Assembly (NCBI GenBank): GCA_030704615.1
Contig: CM060734.1
Location: 7,502,001 to 7,566,000 of the forward strand
Length of the DNA stretch: 64,000 nucleotides
Reading direction: 5' to 3'
DNA from: Takakia lepidozioides
Taxonomy: Eukaryota; Plantae; Bryophyta
Below are positions 50,717-63,825 of this stretch, piece after piece (position 1 is the stretch's first letter; every line of letters begins with the position of its first letter). The translations under genes and the position numbers were made by a program. The notes beneath the pieces are model-generated. The model saw only the letters and a list, made by a program, of their open reading frames with translations, searched no databases and was not told where the DNA came from.

Positions 50717-51770
50717 TCATTCATTCCCTGTCATTTCATTTTCTTCTTCTCTTCCGTCTTTCTCTACCAAGACAACACGAGTCATATATCCACTTGACCG
50801 AAGAATCTGATCTTCCATATCCTTCATCTGGCGGTAGTGCCACAAACTGTTGCCAGGATCGAGAGTTCGTGCCTCCATGGCGAGCTCCATCTGGCAAACG
50901 ACCAAAGATTTAGTTCCATAGCAAAAAAAAACTTAACTGTAAAAATTTCAACAAGCTAGTGGTCATGTACTTACCACATGGAAGAAGAACCCTGCCAAGT
51001 CAATGGTGATCTTCACAGGGTCATTACTGTAATGTGATCCTCTCATAATAGTTGAAATCGCTCCATGCACAGCTGAACTACCGAAGGGATCTGATCCTGT
51101 TCTTCGCCAATTGTCGTGGATGGTGAGCTCCTTCAAATTCATTTGCCAAGTGCGGACGTCTTCCATTGAGGAGCGCTTACTTGGTTTGGGGACTTCTAAC
51201 AACTTGTAGAGCTCTGCGCGAAGGTTTCCCGTTATCTTTCCTCGATAGTCTCTGAGATAGCGAAGGATAGGTTTCTGTAGCCCGGCTTTGCGATCTGTCT
51301 GAGTTCCCCAATGTTTCTGAAACATTTCAAGGAAATTTTGTCTGCTCGGTCTACCGCAAAAGCATCGAACACGTCATCCCGAATGGCATTATACTCCGGA
51401 TAAATGGCACTATGCTCATTGAACCCCAAGATCAAATTTCGAGCAATAGCAGCCATCTTTTTCTGCTTCAAAAAGGAAAGAAATGCTTTGATGTAGGCAA
51501 TACGTGAAGACTAGCAATGCACGAGCTTGCACGAGAACAAGAAATACTTCAAGTAGTGCACAATAAGATGTTGACTTACCTTGATATATTCCCAATCAAC
51601 AAATTCGGGAAGGGATTTTGTGAATTCAAGCGCTAACTGCACGCCTTGGCTCAGAGTGCCAATCTGTTTGCGTTGCTCCTCGTTAATCCTTTTCAAACTC
51701 TGTAATTGCATCCGCTCTTGAGCGTTTAGAGTCCTTTGATCCTCATTTTCTGGCCGCTCAGAATTAACCT
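50717..51770 (-). pseudogene. Most complete copy of the unknown gene family (two introns, one frameshift)
   Basis: Exons ~51580-51770, ~50975-51465 and 50717-50890. GT-AG intron at 50891-50974. Frameshift near 51320. Confidence 0.7.
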
Positions 51771-52289
51771 CTGCAATCATTGAGAAGATATGTGTTTGTT
51801 CAAGTAGCCATCCACATCTTCGAAATAAGCACAGAGCTAGTTCAGAACTGACCTCTGCTATCATTGAGAAGAGATCAAGAAGACATTTATTTGTAGCATC
51901 CACATATTCAAAATAAGTACAGAATGCAACACTACAATCAAGTGCTTGGGAAATCTGGTAATCCATCGCCGTGATTTTCCGCATTTTCGTCACTGCTAGG
52001 TGCTGGAGCAATGAGGCGACGACGTACCAAACGACAAACAGCTCCGGGGCCCCTCACTTGCCCTCGATTGGACATTTTTTTTTTGCTAGACGTAGCAATG
52101 CTGTCAATGCCGCTATGAACTCTATCGACGAATCTGTGCGTACGAATTCACAGCTTCAATTCACACTTTGTTGTCATGGCTTCGATGAGCCTCTGATGTT
52201 TGGAGGTTTGTGTTTGAAAAAAATTGGCGCTACCTTCATAATTTTACACTCTGTAAGTGTAATTTGTGATTTTGTGCATGTATTTACCT

Positions 52290-52465
52290 TAAACCAAAAA
52301 GCTTCAGCAAACTTCCAGCTAGCGGTACGGCTATTTCAGGGCTTGCTGCTCATGGGTCTCATCGCGGGCATTGTTGTGGCTGTTACCAAGTCACCTCTCA
52401 CAATTGGTGATGCGTTTTCCATGGCTCTGGCATACATCCCAGTTCAGGCTGGGGCCTTATCTCGG
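52290..52465 (+). pseudogene. Callose synthase (GSL8/GSL10-like) C-terminal exon fragment
   Basis: FTLNQKASANFQLAVRLFQG...LTIGDAFSMALAYIP, then a GT donor. Confidence 0.7.
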
Positions 52466-53224
52466 TAAGTTGCCTCTGTCTTACTGGTCCCTGCTTTCTA
52501 CACTTTCCCCTGCTCTTCTACTTAATTTTTGCTGTTGAATCCTCTACAACTATGGAAATATAGGCTATAATCATTGCAAACCCCTCTTAAGAAGAATAGA
52601 TTGATTGATGCTGCCATCACTTCTTCTTTACTTGAGACGGTGATGAAGACGCTCTGGAAAGCAGAGATCTGGGAAAGGCGCTTGAGGCCTTACAGGTGCT
52701 TAACACATTTGAGTCCGACAGTGCAACGCTGCCAGATTCTGTAGAAGACAATGGATCCTTGAGGGCAGAGGTTTTGAGTGAAACGAGCACATCTGGATTT
52801 GTCTCCGTTAGTGAGGGGGATTGTTTGAAGGTGCTGGATGCATGCCAAAGTGCACTAGATTTGCAATTGGTGGGGAATTGGCTTCAACTGAGGGGATTGC
52901 TTCCAAGTTTTGGCAAGCACAAGGCTCGTGGTAAGCATGAACCGTCACAGTCAGTCTGACGTTTTCGTGGTTTTGGTTCATTTGATCAATGCTGGAATTA
53001 AGGAGTTGCAGTTGGGTGTAGTATTTGCGGCTTCAGAAGGGGGGAGAGTGGTTACACTAGCGGACATGTTGGCTTCAGCAGGGCTGGAAGGTAAACCAGA
53101 TTTTCTTGACCTCACAATGCTCAAATGATAAGCTATCAAGTTTTCTTTATGCAATTGAATGAAACGGAACCAGCAGCACTTTTGCATGTCATCTCTTCTT
53201 TGAACATGTCTCAGATCAAAACAG

Positions 53225-55150
53225 GCATAGCAATCCTGGCCGATGAGATGGGTTTGGGGAAGACAATACAGGTCAGATCTTGTTACATACCAGCCTACAG
53301 TCTTTACTGGGATCATTGAAATACCCACTCATCCAACTTTTGAAGTTTTGGTTTGACTTAGCTATGAGGTTGACCAGCAAATTCAGTAATTTCTGGGCAT
53401 GCCTTTTGTGCAGATGAGCAATTCTCAAAACCAAGTTGCTACTTAGAAGGAAATCTGAGGGAACACGACATGTTCTCCCTTATTGTGACTGCATGATAAC
53501 AATTTGGCTTTTTGTCCTGTATGCAGTCGGTTGCAATGCTTGAGAATCTACGAATGAAACGAAAAATTAGGGTTCCTTTCTTGGTGATTGCACCTGTTTC
53601 GACTCTTGGGCACTGGCAGCGAGAAGTGGAATCTCTGACCGATATGAATTGTGTTGTCTACACTGGCAACCAAGAAGACAGAGAGATTGTCAGGGACTAC
53701 GAGTTTCACTACACTGACCGCAAATCTCGTGACTTCAAATTCAATGTGAGTTCTTTGCTTCTGTGTTATGTGATTACTTGTTGACATGAAGGGCATTTGC
53801 ATATCAGATCAAGAAGCTGCCAGCCAAGAAATCTAGGACAAAATTCTCCTTTAGTTTGTCCTATACTCCTTGCCATCCGTCCTACCCACACAGCTCTGTT
53901 TGCAACCTTCATAGCAAAATTTGCACTTTACTGGAAGGGATGGGACTCCAATTGACCAGGCGATTGGACACAAAGTGAGCTATTTTGAGACTACTGTTTG
54001 GCTTGAAGGGTTGTTAAGAATTGAAACAAATTCAAAACAATTTGGACAACAAGCTCTGACGTCTACATTTTTGTTTGCCGAAGTACGGTGACATCAAGGC
54101 TGCAGAACAGGTGTCTATTGTCGGCCCAGTAAAAAGTGGTTCTTGTCTTCATCTCATTTTAGTTTTTCTTTTCAATGTTTTCATTGTTAACATGACAGCT
54201 TCCATTATTTCTTCAAGTGTTGGAACAGAATAACAGTTTTGTGTCAAGGCAGATGGGTTATGTCATGCATTAACCACAAGATCTGTAATGTACCCTTACA
54301 GTTGGCTAGTCATTTTGAAGGTCATTTTAGTTCTTCAACCATAGCAGATGGTTGAGCGTCAAAAACCAGCGGTTTGCTGACATGTTCGGTATTTCTGTCC
54401 AGATAAAAGATCTTCAAGACAATATATTGAGACCCAGACTGTTGAGGCGCATGAAGGAGGATGTGGAGAAGAGCATCCCTCAGAAGGAAGAGGTGACTGT
54501 GCAACCTCTGTAAACTGTTTTTTGTGCTAATGCTCAGATATTTAGTCCATGCAAATGAAATGAGAACTTAAAACTAGTGTGAAACAGGCTTGTAGTTGAG
54601 ACCAAGGCATTCTTCTCCTGGCATGGGCAGACTATCGTGTGGGTAGAGCTGACAAGGGAACAGCGGACATTCTACCGTGCAATTTATGAGAACTCTATCT
54701 CCACTTTACTCGAGGGATCTTCAAGCAGCAATATGCCCAACCTGCGGAATGTGGTAAGCTCATCGATCGCAGGCTGCAGGTTTATTGATCATCTGCAAAA
54801 TGTTCTCTTGTACTCATTTGAAACATGTGGTTAGATCGTAGGTTCAAGTGGATTTACCAATCATGAAATGCTGAATCTAGTACAAACTACTAATGTTACT
54901 TGGGAGATATGGAATGTCAGAGTAAGGCATCCATGTTGCTGTGCCCTAAAATTATCTTGCCCCTTTCAGTGTGTTTCTCATTTCTTCCATTTGTCATCGG
55001 CTTTGATGCAAGCTTGTTTGATCTTGTAAGCTTAGTATCACAACATACCTCTCATATGCGGCAGGCTATGGAACTCCGAAAACTGTGCAATCGTCCTTTC
55101 CTCTGTGACGGCCTTGAGGACAACTTGATCTCGAAGCATGGCTCTGGAAA
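53225..55150 (+). pseudogene. SNF2-family CHD remodeler (CHD6-9-like) ATPase exons, incomplete
   Basis: ILADEMGLGKTIQ; PFLVIAPVSTLGHWQRE...VVYTG; LRPRLLRRMKEDVEKSIPQKEE; TIVWVELTREQRTFYRAIYE...PNLRNV; MELRKLCNRPFL. The DEAH exon was not seen. Confidence 0.8.
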
Positions 55151-55319
55151 AGTAAGTGCCCTGACCTTACCTAATTGAAAGGAATTAGTGTTCGAAGGTC
55201 CTGAGTTCAATTAAGAGATTCCTCTGTCTATGATGAGTCCTCCACGGCTGACGAGATTATTTCCTGTACTTGCTTGATTACGCAAAAGCAGCAGCAATAG
55301 TGGCACATTTGATAATATT

Positions 55320-55550
55320 GAGTGATGCAGGATGGCAGGGTTGTGGCAGGTCCATTGTGCAGCTCCTACGACAACATCACCTCGATGGTTCTCGCTCCGA
55401 GCTGGCTGCTCTCGACTATGCCAAATTCCCAGTCAGAAAGGTAACGTTTCTGCCTCCCGAAGTCGATGGCAATGTCATCTTCGAGTTTCCACCTGTTTCT
55501 TCGTCAAACAAAGCCTCCGGGATGTTAACAGACATGGATCGAAAGCATAT
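55320..55550 (+). pseudogene. Transposon-like fragment (possibly the N-terminal part of the SWIM-type family)
   Basis: LDYAKFPVRKVTFLPPEVDGNVIFEFPP...MDRK. Confidence 0.35.
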
Positions 55551-56162
55551 CACACGGTTCCACCACCAACACTGCTCTTGATAGAGGACCAAAAGAGGGA
55601 GTAAAAAAGAATTCTTCTTGTGGCGATGTCAGGACACTATGTAAGGCAGGACAACTGAAAGAGGCGCTGCACATGTTGAACCAAGGGGTCGTTTTGCTAG
55701 CCCGCCTCTGCCCTGCCTCAGCCCCGCTCTGAGCGTGGCCTACTGTTTGCGCGGATCTGGTTGCAGGGCATGGAAGCCTGAAGATCAGAGGGAAGGGGGA
55801 TGCCATGCAAGGTTGGGGGAGGCATGGTTGCATTTGGTGCATGCAGGAGTGCAAAGGTAGGGCCTGCCAGAGGTTTGAGATTAAGGATAGGGGAGATGGC
55901 ATGCATGGATTGAGTCGGGGTGTTGCAACCCGAGGTCGGTGCAGGCAGTAATGATGGCAGTTCTCTTACAACATTCTCTCTGCAGGCTTCTTCTCCTGTC
56001 GTACTTTCTTAGAGTCGTTGTTTTCCATCGTTGTGTTGTAGATTGGAGGTGCCGCGGATTCATATGTGGGGGATCTGAATGGAGGGGAAGAGTGTTGTTA
56101 GCGACATGATTCCAATGTCACGACGATCACGCGAACAACGGGCTTCCAAGAATTCCTAGTCC

Positions 56163-56850
56163 GTGTTAGAGCCCTCTGCAAATCCTGTAGATATTCCTTC
56201 AACATCCAAGAATCTTAAGAGTGGCGTACTTAATTCTGTAGGCACTTCTCGGATATCGAAGAATTCAAGGGCAAGGGCGGAAGGTTTGACAGAGAGTTCT
56301 CGGCCGTCAAAGAAAGCAAATGTTGGTGCCACTTTTACTGGGGGGACAGGTCTTGAGCGGTCAGTCAATGCCTCCGAAGTTAATGTGAAGGGTGCTTCAA
56401 CTATAACGCCTGCATCGAAGTCCCCTAAGTCATTATTGAGCAGTACTAGTGTCAACCTTACAAATCAGCATTTGAAATCTCGGGGATTTAGCGAGGCTGT
56501 CAGCCCTGGTCAATCCCACCTAGTTAACTGCAATGGTGCTGAAACACTACCTGCAGCTGATGGTTCACGAGATGTGCCGCAAACAAGGATGGGAAGAGCA
56601 CTCCGACCGCGGCATGTCACGCCGCTCAAAAAGGTAATCAAGCCCCCAAAATCCTTCCAGGATGTGGTGTTGAGCGATTCCGATGGCCCATGGATCTTGG
56701 GCCGGCGAATCAAGGTGTTTTGGCCTCTTGACAGTAAGTGGTATTATGGGGAAGTCAAAGCATATAACAACGCAAAAAAGCAGCACAAGATCATCCATGA
56801 CGACCGTGATGAGGAATGGCTCAAACTTCAGAGGGAACAATTAAAGTTTT
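56163..56850 (+). pseudogene. Tudor-domain fragment resembling plant Enhancer-of-polycomb-related (EPCR) proteins
   Basis: WILGRRIKVFWPLDSKWYYGEVKAY...HKIIHDDRDEEWLKLQREQLKF, with a frameshift afterwards. Confidence 0.65.
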
Positions 56851-59800
56851 TGGACCGCCGCTTTCAGTTCTTGCTACACATTCTACTCCTCTTAAGAACG
56901 ATGCCCGCAAGTCAGCTTCTACCAGTGCAAAGCATTCGAAAGGAGAAGTGGGTGGAGATGATGGTCCTGCCATCGCGCAGGTGGGACATTTGCCAGGTAC
57001 CCATATCTCGGCTTGTGAAGTTGGTAGGCTTACAAGTGGTCCCCTTGATCAGGCCAAGTTGTTTATGATGACGGGAGGATGAGTGAATTGATCACTGAAG
57101 CCGAGTCAGAATTTGTCGCTGCTGGTGAGGTGCTGGAGGCTTCAGATACAGCTCTAGCTGCAAAAAATCTTACTGTAGTTGCAGATGTGCCCCAATCACC
57201 ACAGGAAGTTGCACCTCTGGGAAATATCACTTGTGAATGTGAAAGTCAGGCAGTGGGTGCTCTTGAGAATGGCCCGAAGATTCTGCTCGAAGATGTGCTT
57301 GAGAATGGCGTTGAGAGCCCCAGAAATGAGGGTCAAAGTTCTGCCCACTTTGGAGTGGTGAATGAGGGAAAACCTGTGTTGGTCGATCATGTGGAGCTGC
57401 CTTGTGAGGCTGAACTCGTCTGTAAAAATAGTGGAGAAGAAAGTAAGGAGGTAGAGGTTGAGGAGAAAGCAGATTGTCTTGCGGAGGAGGATGTCTCGAT
57501 GGAGACTCCTGCTGAGGCTGGAGGACATAGGTGCGCTGTGGTGATGTCTGTGGACACCGAAACAGTGTCTGCCAGTCTGCCGGGTCACTCAAAGAGGGAA
57601 ACCCCCGCCAGTGACACCCATCTTTCTCCACTATTTCTGAGGGAGGGGGTATGTGACGGAAAATCAGCATCAGGAAGATTGGGTAACAAGCTGGATGATG
57701 AGGTTTTTTTGGTATCTGAATTGCCACCAGTTGTTGGGGACATTGAAGTTTCCACCCCTGGTACTGCTCTTGGGGAGGTCTGCATTGGGGAGATTGGAGG
57801 GATTAGTGAAGCAAATTGTTGGGCGAGAAATTGTTGTACGTGATGCAAACCGCTTTCATAACTTCCAAGATAGGGTTTGTTCTTGTGGGGAGTATTGGTG
57901 GTTCTCCCAACAGATGGAGAGGAAAATATAGCTTGTACATTGTAAACAAAGAAGAGTGAATGAATGGAACATGCCATTGCCTTTCAGATATCTGCTATCC
58001 TCATATTTCCTTCTTAATTTGGATGACTTTGAATTGGTGAATGTTTGTGAATTTCATTTGAGTACCCCAGGCACTATATAACATCATATAACATCATCCA
58101 TTCTAACATAGTGCATAATGTATACTGCAGTCCTGTCAAAGTCTATAGTTGAGTTTGCACCAGATAAATAACAGTGATCCATAGAACATACCAAGGCATT
58201 GCTGCTATAACTTCATCTATTTTGTAAACTGCAAGACATCAATCTGTCAACTGGAAAATAAAAAAGAATCAGTGTCCCAGAGCCAAGCTTTGCAATGTCT
58301 TTCCAGCACTTCTGGGTCCAATACTCAAAACTCACTTCGTCTTATAGCCACTGAATCTACATGACCATCGTTAACAAACTATATTGCACGGATTTTGCAC
58401 AACAATATGCTGCAAAGTTAACGAGTGTTGAAAATACACGGAATCAATGTAAGGATCTAATGTGATACCAAATTGATACTAATTTTGTATTGGTGCAAAT
58501 CATGCATATTCCTTGTTTTATTCGATTTCCATCTTTAAAGTGCGATCCTCGCACGGATTCCGTTTCGTACGGATTGTGTGCTTAATTAATATGATTATGT
58601 CAAACATTACAATAACACGTCTTTCACATCATAGTGATGGATGTCACTTCTATGCCATAAATATACGTCCAACCCCATAGATGTAGTACGATTATATTGT
58701 ACGACGAAATTCATACGGATTTTGTTAAGAATCCGCGGCATGAGACTTTTGTGATGTACCCCTGAAATTCAACTATCCCCTCATGTAACCTTATATTAAA
58801 GGTGCTTTAAACCCCCCTCCATATATATAATGTTGTACATGGAGGGGTTTTAAATACCCCCTCCTGTGCACGCACGTGGCTGGTGCATATTGGCTGGAGT
58901 GCACCCCCAAGGCCATTGGAGGGCCTCATGCGTCAGGGGGCTGGGGGGGGGGGGGGGGGGGGGGGTGGGCAAATCCACTCCCCGCCCATGCATGCTGGGT
59001 GGCATGTCCGGTGGCGCCAAAAATACAGTCTCGGGGGTGGGGGCTCAAAAGTTGTGATTCTCATCGGGCATGTAAACGGACTAGAGTAATATGAATGAGT
59101 GAGCTGGAAAGTGGTAATGAGCAAAGAGAGAATATCCGAGGGGATAGTATTATGAGCATAGGCTTGTGATAGTTTTGTCAAGGAGCAGGGTTTTTTGGGA
59201 GGGGTGTCTTGGAGGTAGCGGGTAACAAGCCAGCTGAGTTCAGTAGCAAAGTCTTAGCGGGGTGGGTGGATTTGAGTGTCACACGGGGAGGAAGTAGAGT
59301 ATTTGGCCCAAAGCCATGCAAATCTGTCGTTGGGAATGAGGCCGATAACGGCCATTGAAGGTGTAGATGGTGGACATACGAGGGCCTTGACTGATTGTGG
59401 GGGAGGTGTGCAGGATGTCCTTATCCGGGTTGCATTCATTGATGTGTATGTGTATGTTGGGGGCAGTAAGCGGTTGGTGTACATGACGGGCATCTTTGGG
59501 TTGGGGTTGGGAGATATGTTGTTGGTGGGTGTGCGCGAGGTAGTTAGTATTAGTGCGTATTGGCTTTGGCCTCTCTTCTCTCTTAGAAGCCAATTGCACA
59601 GAGAGTTCCTCCATCCGTTTAGTTAATGCAGCAATTTGCCCTTCCTGGGGGTCAATTGTCACACCAGCTGATAATTGGTTTTGTAAGGATACAGGGGCAT
59701 ACATTCCCATAGTAGTTTGAGGGGATGAAACTATGGCTGATGGCATCATTGTTGGTGAAATTTGTGAAGCCCAAGAATTAGTATCAAACATCGTGGGCGC

Positions 59801-60912
59801 CACTGAATAGGTGGAAACATTAATAGTTTCCCATAATTTAGCTCGATTGAGGGCTGCTTGGAGATTGGCCGGTGTCCCCTCTTTACAAATCGCTTCAATT
59901 CCTGCGGCATCAATCCTTCCACAAAGAGGCCCATTTGTATATGGTCAGGGATGTTGTGGTTATTCCATCGCCGGAGGATATCTTCCAATCGTCCTGCAAA
60001 GGAACAACTGATTCCCCTTCCACCATATGGAGCTTGGTCAATTGCTCACGCAACCAGTCGGTAAAACCCAAGGGCCTGAATTGAGTAATTCATGCAATGT
60101 AGCAGGGAACATTTGCTGCCACCAGCTTTCTGTTCTAGCGTTATTAGCAGTACACGCCGTTATGAATTGGGCTAAGTGCCGATCGGGGTCGGATCCCTGG
60201 AGTCCTGTGAACTGGGGAATAGGCGAGACATTAACTGGTCTATCGTCCGGACCTCCCAGGTTCACCACCACCGGTATTGACTGTAAATTAACTCCAATTG
60301 GTCCCGCAGCCATTGGTGCTCGTACGATAGGCGGTACAATAGGTACGTTAGGGAGTACAATAGGGGGTAAATTAAGCGGTGCCAATGCAGCTAGTTGTGC
60401 GGCTAATAATGCACGTCGTGCTATACGCACTGCCAATCGATCGGCCCTTGCCTTAGCCTGATGCTCCGTTCTCACGGGAGATTCCTTCATTCCCCATAAC
60501 CCTTTCTTCCTTATGGACCCACCAAACGATCTCCCTTATTCCGTGCGATAGATAATTCAAATGTTTTTTTACGTCTCCTCTTGTTTCGGTAACAATTGAC
60601 TCTGCTCCTCTTGAGCTATCGCCAGAGCTAGCATCTCCGCTTTTTGTTGGCTTAGTACGCGGAAGTTCAATCGTCTTACCCTCCTTTTTCTTACTCCAAA
60701 AGCATTCAAGGATTTCTGCCCTCTTATGCTGATTATTTAAATTGCAAAAAGGGCATAGTTTTAAACCAGGTGGAGGAACCTTGCTGTTACGAATGTCCTC
60801 CCCCGTCATCTCGTCTACTTTCAACAATCGCAATAATAAAAGAAAATTCGTGAAGGTGTATAAAAGCATCATTATCTCAAACCGCCTTTCCCCGGCAGTG
60901 GCGCCAAAAAGA

Positions 60913-62522
60913 TGTAGAATAAAAACTATAATCAACCCTAAAAGAAGGACCAATCAGTTGCAAGGTTAGTTCGCAGGGAAAGCCCTATGCGATTGCAAAA
61001 TAATGATGCTCGACTAATCTATCTCTCTCTAATCCCTGAGTAGACCAATTTCTACCACTAGACATCCTCAATCTAACGCGATTAATGTCCTTCCAGTCTC
61101 GATAATATTCCCATCCTCCTCTATTAACTCAACACCATTGGCTGATATTAAATACCACTGTTCATCTAATTCTCTTCTCCAGTAATTTGCTCGATATAGA
61201 GTCAATAGTTCTTTACACCATCCTTTACTCACAAGTTGTAGATTAATTATCTCTATATCATTGCATCGCAGCCTTTTAAAGATATCTATCGATAGACTAT
61301 CAGGTAATCCAGTAATTAATTCTAGAGGATTTTTAACTCCCTCATCTCCACACATCACTATCGATTGTTCTTCACCACCAATCTTGTTTCTTCAGTTCCT
61401 CCAGGGATTTCCCTTCACCAAAGGTCTCATTTCATTCTCCCATTAGTTCAGGATAGCCTTCAAAAGGTCGATACCATATCTGCAACCAACTGTGCTTCCA
61501 ATAACAATTTTTGTATAGAGCTGATAACTCTCTGTACCATCCTCTATTCACTAGTTGTAATAAAAAAAATCTTTTTATCGCTACAACAAAGCTTCTGAAA
61601 GATTCCTATTGATAGATGGCCTGGTAATCCGGTGATCAACGTGTGATCAACTCCGATAATCCTTTTATTCCCTCATCATTACTCTCTACCATGCAAATGG
61701 TTCTACTTCACTGTTATTCTCTTCCAATTAATCCAATCGAAGACTTTCTATCTTCCAGTCCATAATCTGTTCCTTCATGAACCCTGGATATCCGTCCAAA
61801 TGACAACACCACATCTTGATCCACTCACGCCCCAATCGACGATGTTTATATAGAATTGATAACTCTTTTTTCCAGACTTTACTCACACTCTCTATTCGTA
61901 CTAACTTTGCCTCATTGCAAGATAGACTCTTAAAGATTCAAATCAATATTTCTCTTGGTAAACCCGGGAATCAATTCTCACTCAGAGTTATTATCTTCTC
62001 CATTTGTGCACATTCTCACTATCTCACATAATTCTAATTCTTCAATCATTGCATTCAGAATCGGATTCACATTTCATCATTCCATTCTTCATGCAAAACA
62101 AATTGAATTGAAATTCATTTTTTTCTCCTTCTTCTCTTCTATTTATTCACAAGCATTACATCACAATAAGGAAATACTAATCTATCATTGGGAAATAACT
62201 CTGTCTTCTAGAACCTACTCACTCTACTCTGCTTTGGTCACAACTCTTTGGCTCAACTGACAAGGATCTATTGTCTCGCAGCTCAATTATAGCAAGCTGC
62301 CTCAACAACTTCTATAACCGCCTAACCTCTTCTATTCATCCACAATAGTCATTCATCCATCTTCTTCATTATCGATTAAAGTCAGACTATCGACCATCAC
62401 AAAATATCGAGTAATGTCACTATATCGAACCAGTATTGATAGTACCACAGAGTATATCGAGTAGGAAATGCACTAAATAGTCTTAAGAGTAAATCTCAAC
62501 CAAAAATTCCTATTATTCTACA
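60913..62522 (-). repeat. LTR, 1610 bp
   Basis: 10-bp terminal inverted repeat TGTAGAATAA...TTATTCTACA with the PBS adjacent. The second LTR is not in the window. Confidence 0.75.
61068..62000 (-). pseudogene. Three tandem F-box-like coding units inside the LTR (one open, two frameshifted)
   Basis: LITGLPDSLSIDIFKRL...LQLVSKGWCKEL (61068-61358). LITGLPGHLSIGIFQKL.../LQLVNRGWYREL (~61470-61690). LIP/GLPREILI*IFKSL...VSKVWKKEL (~61830-62000). Confidence 0.65.
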
Positions 62523-63825
62523 AGAGATTGTGAAGACACCAGTGCTTCATGTGCTATTTGTGGATAGGACGCGTATCAAACTCTGCAAAGGCTGCACCAC
62601 CAAGGCTAAAGAAACCTATTCCTCCATGATTCCGGTTGGTTCTTGCCCCTAGAAGATCTAAGTCTTTGGCTTGTCCTAAGCTCTTTTTGGTACTATTTTG
62701 CTAGTTTTCTGTCTGTCCTTTCTCTCTGTCATCCACAAATCTTGGAAACCAAGCACCTTACATCTGGTGAAATCTATGTTTTCTCTCTGTCCTTTCTCTC
62801 TGTCATCCACAAATCCTGGAAACCAAGCACCTTACATCTGATGAAATCTATGGCATCGCTGTCGCAGCACAAGATGTCATCACGAGTGCATCCTCTCTCT
62901 GTGTCTCTGATATCGAAGATAACCTGTTGGGGTCTAATTGCTGGGCAGATCACACACATCAGTTGATGCTGACACTGCCTTGGTGGATATGTATGTCAAG
63001 GCAGCCCTGGAAAAGGGCGTTAGTATCTCTCAGTCATGATTAGTGCAGCTTATTAGTACTCTTAGTTTTGTTTGTGGTGGAAAATGACGGATAACCACTA
63101 ATTTGCATTGGTACCAAACTGCATCAAATAAGCAAGCCTCACAATGAGGGGTAAGCAGCTTAGGCTGCTCCCTCTTCTGTTCTTACACTTAGTAACTAAT
63201 CTCTGCTTGCTACTCTCACCTTTGACCAGTTCCCAGGATTTCATTGTCTAATGCAGCAGGTTGATACGTGCATCTGGGCAGGATGACTCTATTAATGCTG
63301 TACGTCTTGCTAAAGTGGCAACTCTTGAGGCAACATCAACTACTCATAAGGCAATCCTATGTCAACCATACAACATGGGCCACTCACAAGCAAGAGAAGC
63401 TGATGCGCAGGCACTGGCTGACAAGACAATTTTCTTGATGCAGGCCATGGATGCTGTGAAGGAGGAGACGATGCTCTTCACAAACTTGGAAGTGCATTGG
63501 AGGCCTTAGCTAAGGGAGATGGACCTTCATTGCTGCCACAACAACATACTCCATCTGTTGTCACTTCCACAGAGACACTAGCACCTTTAGGGCTGGCTGG
63601 ATCCCTTGGGCACTCAGATGTGTAATCACTCAATCTGGTACTGGTACTGGTACTGGTAGCAATCTCATCTGGTACTGGTTTGATTGCATCTATAATGCTT
63701 TGCAGATTCAGCATGTCTTTGCATATTAAGTGCATGAAGATGACAGGTCCAAAAGCTGGAAATTAGCAGCAGCAGGCCCACTGTCCCCTTTCTTATTTGT
63801 TTTTAAAAAAACCAAAATTGTTGAG

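Larger units (their letters stand above)
59090..62522 (-). mobile_element. Athila-like Ty3/gypsy element, 5' part (LTR, PBS, degenerate gag); pol absent
   Basis: PBS TGGCGCCACTGCCGGGGA (minus, ~60889-60906). gag motifs IPQFTGLQGSDPDRHLAQF and IPDHIQMGLFVEGL. Left limit approximate. Confidence 0.8.

Noticed and set aside
57079-57843. 254-aa acidic ORF as a standalone gene
   Set aside because: Low complexity with no domain; probably a piece of a large exon next to the frameshifted Tudor fragment.
58790-59090. Helitron 3' end at GGACTAG
   Set aside because: No convincing hairpin just upstream of the CTAG and no following T.
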